DNA of 64,000 nucleotides from Ptychomitrium polyphyllum (Eukaryota), in NCBI GenBank assembly GCA_973851085.1, contig OZ316776.1:10416001-10480000 (forward strand), read 5' to 3'. The notes below the pieces were generated by a model. It saw only the letters and a program-made list of their open reading frames with translations. It was not told the origin of the DNA and did not search any database. A program made the position numbers and the translations under genes. Shown here one piece after another: positions 61,561 through 64,000 of the stretch. The number at the start of each line of letters is the position of its first letter. Positions within the stretch are counted from its first letter, which is position 1.

Positions 61561-63008
61561 CTCTCCAATTTGCTGTGGAAGTTGCTGCAAGGATCAACAC
61601 CCAGATAGGTCCAAGGACGTAAGAGCCTTCAACTCTCTAATTTGCTGTGGAAGTTGCTGCAAGGATGAACACCCAGATAGGTTTAAGGACATAAGAGCCT
61701 TCAACTCTCGAATTTGCTGTGGAAGTTGCTGCAAGGATGGACATCCAGATAGGTCCAAGGACATAAGAGCCTTCAGCTCTCCAATTTGCTGTGGAAGTAG
61801 CTGCAAGGATGAACACCTAGATAGGTCCAAGGATGTAAGAGCCTTCAATTCTTCAATTTGCTATGGAAGTTGCTGCAATGATGAACATCGAGATAGGTCC
61901 AAGGACATAAGAGCTTTCAACTTTCCAATTTGCTGTGGTAGTTGCAGCAAGGATTAACACCTAGATAGGTCCAAGGACATAAGAGCCTTCAACTCTCCAA
62001 TTTGTTGTGGTAGTTGCTGCAGGGATGAACAGCCAGATAGGTCCAAGGAAGTGAGAGCCTTCAACTCTCTAATTTGCTGTGGAAGTTGCTGCAAGGATAA
62101 ACACCCAGATAGGTCTAAGGAAGTAATAGCCTTCAACTCTCCAATTTGCTGTGGAAGTTGCTGCAGGGATGAACACCCAGATAGGTCCAAGGACGTAAGA
62201 GCCTTCAACTCTCCAATTTGCTGTGGAAGTTGCTGCAAGGATGAACACCCAGATAGGCCCAAGCACGTAAGAGCCTTCAACTCTCCAATTTGTTGTGGAA
62301 GTTGCTGCAAGGATGAACACCCAGATAGGTCCAAGGACGTAAGAGCCTTCAACTCTCCAATTTGTTGTGGAAGTTGCTGCAAGGATGAGCACCCAGATAG
62401 GTCCAAGGACGTAAGAGCCTTCAACTCTCCAATTTGCTGTAGAAGTTGCTGCAAGGATGAACACCCAGATAGGTTTAAGGACATAAGAGCCTTCGACTCT
62501 CGAAATTGCTGTGGAAGTAGCTGCAAGGATGGACATCCAGATCGGTCCAAGGATGTAAAAGCCTTCAACTCTCCAATTTGCTGTGGAAGTAGCTGCATGG
62601 ATGAACACCCAGATAGGTCCAAGGACGTAAGAGCCTTCAACTCTCCAATTTGTTGTGGAAGTTGCTACAAGGATGAACACCCAGATAGGTCCAAAGTTGT
62701 AAGAGCCTTCAACTCTTCAGTTTATCTGGAAGTTGCTCTAACGATGTACACCATTGTAGGTTCAAGGAAGTAAGAGCCTTCAACTCTCCAATTTGTTGTG
62801 GAAGTTGCTGCAAGGATGAACACCCAGATAGGTCCAAGGACGTAAGAGCCTTCAACTCTCCAATTTGTTGTGGAAGTTGCTACAAGGATGAACACCCAGA
62901 TAGGTCAAGGGAAGTAAGAGCCTTCATTTCTCCAATTTGCTATGGAAGTTGCTGCAAGGATGAACACCCAGATAGGTCCAAGGACGTAAGAGCCTTCAAC
63001 TCTCCAAT

Positions 63009-63045
63009 TTGTGGCTACCAAACGTGGCTATTGTGGCTACCAAAC
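63009..63045 (+). repeat. Junction micro-duplication: TTGTGGCTACCAAAC x2 (63009-63023, 63031-63045) separated by a partial third copy GTGGCTA
   Basis: Read directly: ...ccaat-ttgtggctaccaaac-gtggcta-ttgtggctaccaaac-ctagc. Confidence 0.92.
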
Positions 63046-63273
63046 CTAGCGCATCTCTCTCGCTGTGAGAAGGATCACAATCTTGGCTCGCATGCGTGCT
63101 ATGAGATCCCAAGTTCATCCAAGTCCAATGTTTTACCTGGCAACGCTTCGACCACTGGAGATGTGGGTGCTGGTGAAGAAGATGCTAAGCAACCAACAGA
63201 GGAGGTTCCGATCCATGACGATTACCCGGCTATGCAACGAATATGTGAGAAGCTTGAGTCTGCAGAGAACGAG
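63030..63273 (+). pseudogene. Exon-like fragment resembling plant TFIIIC B-block-binding subunit (GTF3C1/TFC3-like), 5'-truncated at the array junction
   Basis: Translation (IVAT, frameshift) NLAHLSRCEKDHNLGSHACYEI...EEVPIHDDYPAMQRICEKLESAENE ends at a donor-like GAG|GTGTGC (63273/63274), followed by T-rich intron-like sequence. It resembles a recalled plant TFIIIC segment (approx. TNLxxLxRYxKxLGSQQRFEI...KDYLPAMKAICDKLExA). The assignment is from memory, not a search. Confidence 0.55.
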
Positions 63274-63489
63274 GTGTGCCCGACTCTTACAGATGTTTTG
63301 TTATTTCATTTCATGTTACTATAACATATGATGGAGCAATGTCCTGTTACTAATGAACTTGGGCGGTGCACCCTTGGATACCACATGGTCTTTTGAAGCA
63401 CCTCGACAGTGACCTAGGGGTTTTTTCATAATCATCTGCCTGTCATATTGCATTGATGTTTGATGTTTGCTGCGTGTGATTTCACAAAG

Positions 63490-63575
63490 GTGATTGTGGT
63501 GTCAGACCTGAAGTATCGTTTTGCCCAAGACCGCCGAGTTGGCGCAGGGTACGTGGCCTTCCTGTCTCAAGTTGT
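63490..63575 (+). pseudogene. Second exon-like fragment continuing the putative TFIIIC subunit (VIVVSDLK...AGYVAFLSQV), apparently degraded
   Basis: Acceptor-like tttcacaaag|GTG at 63489/63490 is phase 0, matching the phase-0 donor at 63273. The spliced product ...EKLESAENE-VIVVSDLK parallels the recalled ...DKLEEANGKVLVVSDIK. The 3' end is uncertain. Confidence 0.5.
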
Positions 63576-64000
63576 TCTGAAAAGCAGAGTAATCGCATTT
63601 GGTTATGCTTGGCATCATCTGGAGGCAAGAGTGGACTTTGTCATGTGCTCCTGAGAAATTAAAGTTGAGACTGCTTTCTGTTGATGCAGCTGGCAAAACG
63701 GCTCCAAGATGTCGGTATGGTGGGGATATGTAATATCCAGATTGCGGGATCAAAAGTGATACTTCTTTCTCGTGTTATCGGCAATTTTGAAACGTATCGT
63801 GTTAGTAATTATGCCGAAGTTCTTTACGTAGTTGCTTGAGCCTGATGGCTATGAATGAAAATTAGAGTTCGTTTTTCGAGCACTTTGAAGTCCATCGAGG
63901 GACGCTTGGACTGCATGGTGGACTCTTTGACTGCAGATTGCACCTTGTGTTCGCTTGTTGAACCTTTCGATACAAAAGCCTTCAATGCTGGAAACGATGA

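Larger units (their letters stand above)
1..63012. repeat. Giant tandem array (satellite) of a 72-bp monomer, ~875 copies, all in one orientation; continues past the left window edge
   Basis: The motif gccttcaactctccaatttg...gataggtccaagg recurs every 72 bp (71 bp in units with a 1-bp deletion) across the interval, with no spacer or unique insertion seen. The last partial unit ends at ...tctccaatttgt (63001-63012). Copy number is estimated as length/72. Confidence 0.99.
1..63012 (-). pseudogene. LRR-coding array (24-aa plant NLR/TIR-NLR-type LRR, LxxLxxLDLSGCxxLxxLPxxIG) disrupted by recurrent stops and frameshifts
   Basis: The - strand translation is [24 protein letters not shown] per monomer. 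In-frame stops recur (TCA>TAA at 1241, 2531, 3755; CAG>TAG at 2942, 5101, 11013; CAA>TAA at 13023, 14460; TCA>TGA at 49004, 61594), as do 1-bp deletions (ccaaggcgtaag at ~258, ~617, ~6368). No N-terminal domain or ATG-initiated gene start lies at the 5' (right) end. Confidence 0.85.

Noticed and set aside
199..62680. Hundreds of separate small LRR genes as listed in the ORF track
   Set aside because: The starts are alternative codons (TTG/GTG) inside the repeat and the ends are recurrent stop alleles. No intergenic DNA, promoters or non-LRR domains separate them.
1..63012. CRISPR array
   Set aside because: The units are contiguous near-identical 72-mers with no unique spacers, leader or cas genes.
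63009..63045. Transposon terminus or target-site duplication
   Set aside because: Both copies lie on the same side of the array, only 7 bp apart. No terminal inverted repeat, LTR end or transposase is visible.
63065..63753. Short ORFs 63065-63331 (+) and 63502-63753 (-) as genes, or as an N-terminal NLR domain for the array
   Set aside because: They have no recognisable motifs (no P-loop, TIR, CC or kinase signature) and overlap the better-supported exon-like frames.

Overview
About 98% of the window (1 to ~63012, entering mid-unit at the left edge) is one uninterrupted head-to-tail array of roughly 875 copies of a 72-bp unit (+ consensus TCCAATTTGCTGTGGAAGTTGCTGCAAGGATGAACACCCAGATAGGTCCAAGGACGTAAGAGCCTTCAACTC). 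On the - strand each unit encodes exactly one 24-aa plant NLR-type leucine-rich repeat ([24 protein letters not shown]). The LRR frame is broken every ~0.2-1.3 kb by a small set of recurrent stop codons and one recurrent 1-bp deletion. These lesions are copied inside nested higher-order repeats (1367, 1437, 1726, 3382, 3597 and 4170 bp, plus 12.6 and ~15 kb long-range duplications). The array therefore looks like a satellite DNA derived from an immune-receptor LRR exon, or possibly a silent LRR-cassette reservoir, rather than a gene cluster. At ~63010 the array ends abruptly at a micro-duplication junction. It abuts ~1 kb of unique eukaryotic sequence with two + strand exon-like segments resembling (from recall, unverified) a degraded fragment of the plant TFIIIC B-block-binding subunit. 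No NB-ARC, TIR, kinase, transposase, RNA gene or CRISPR features are visible. The organism is probably a land plant, but this cannot be proven from the window.
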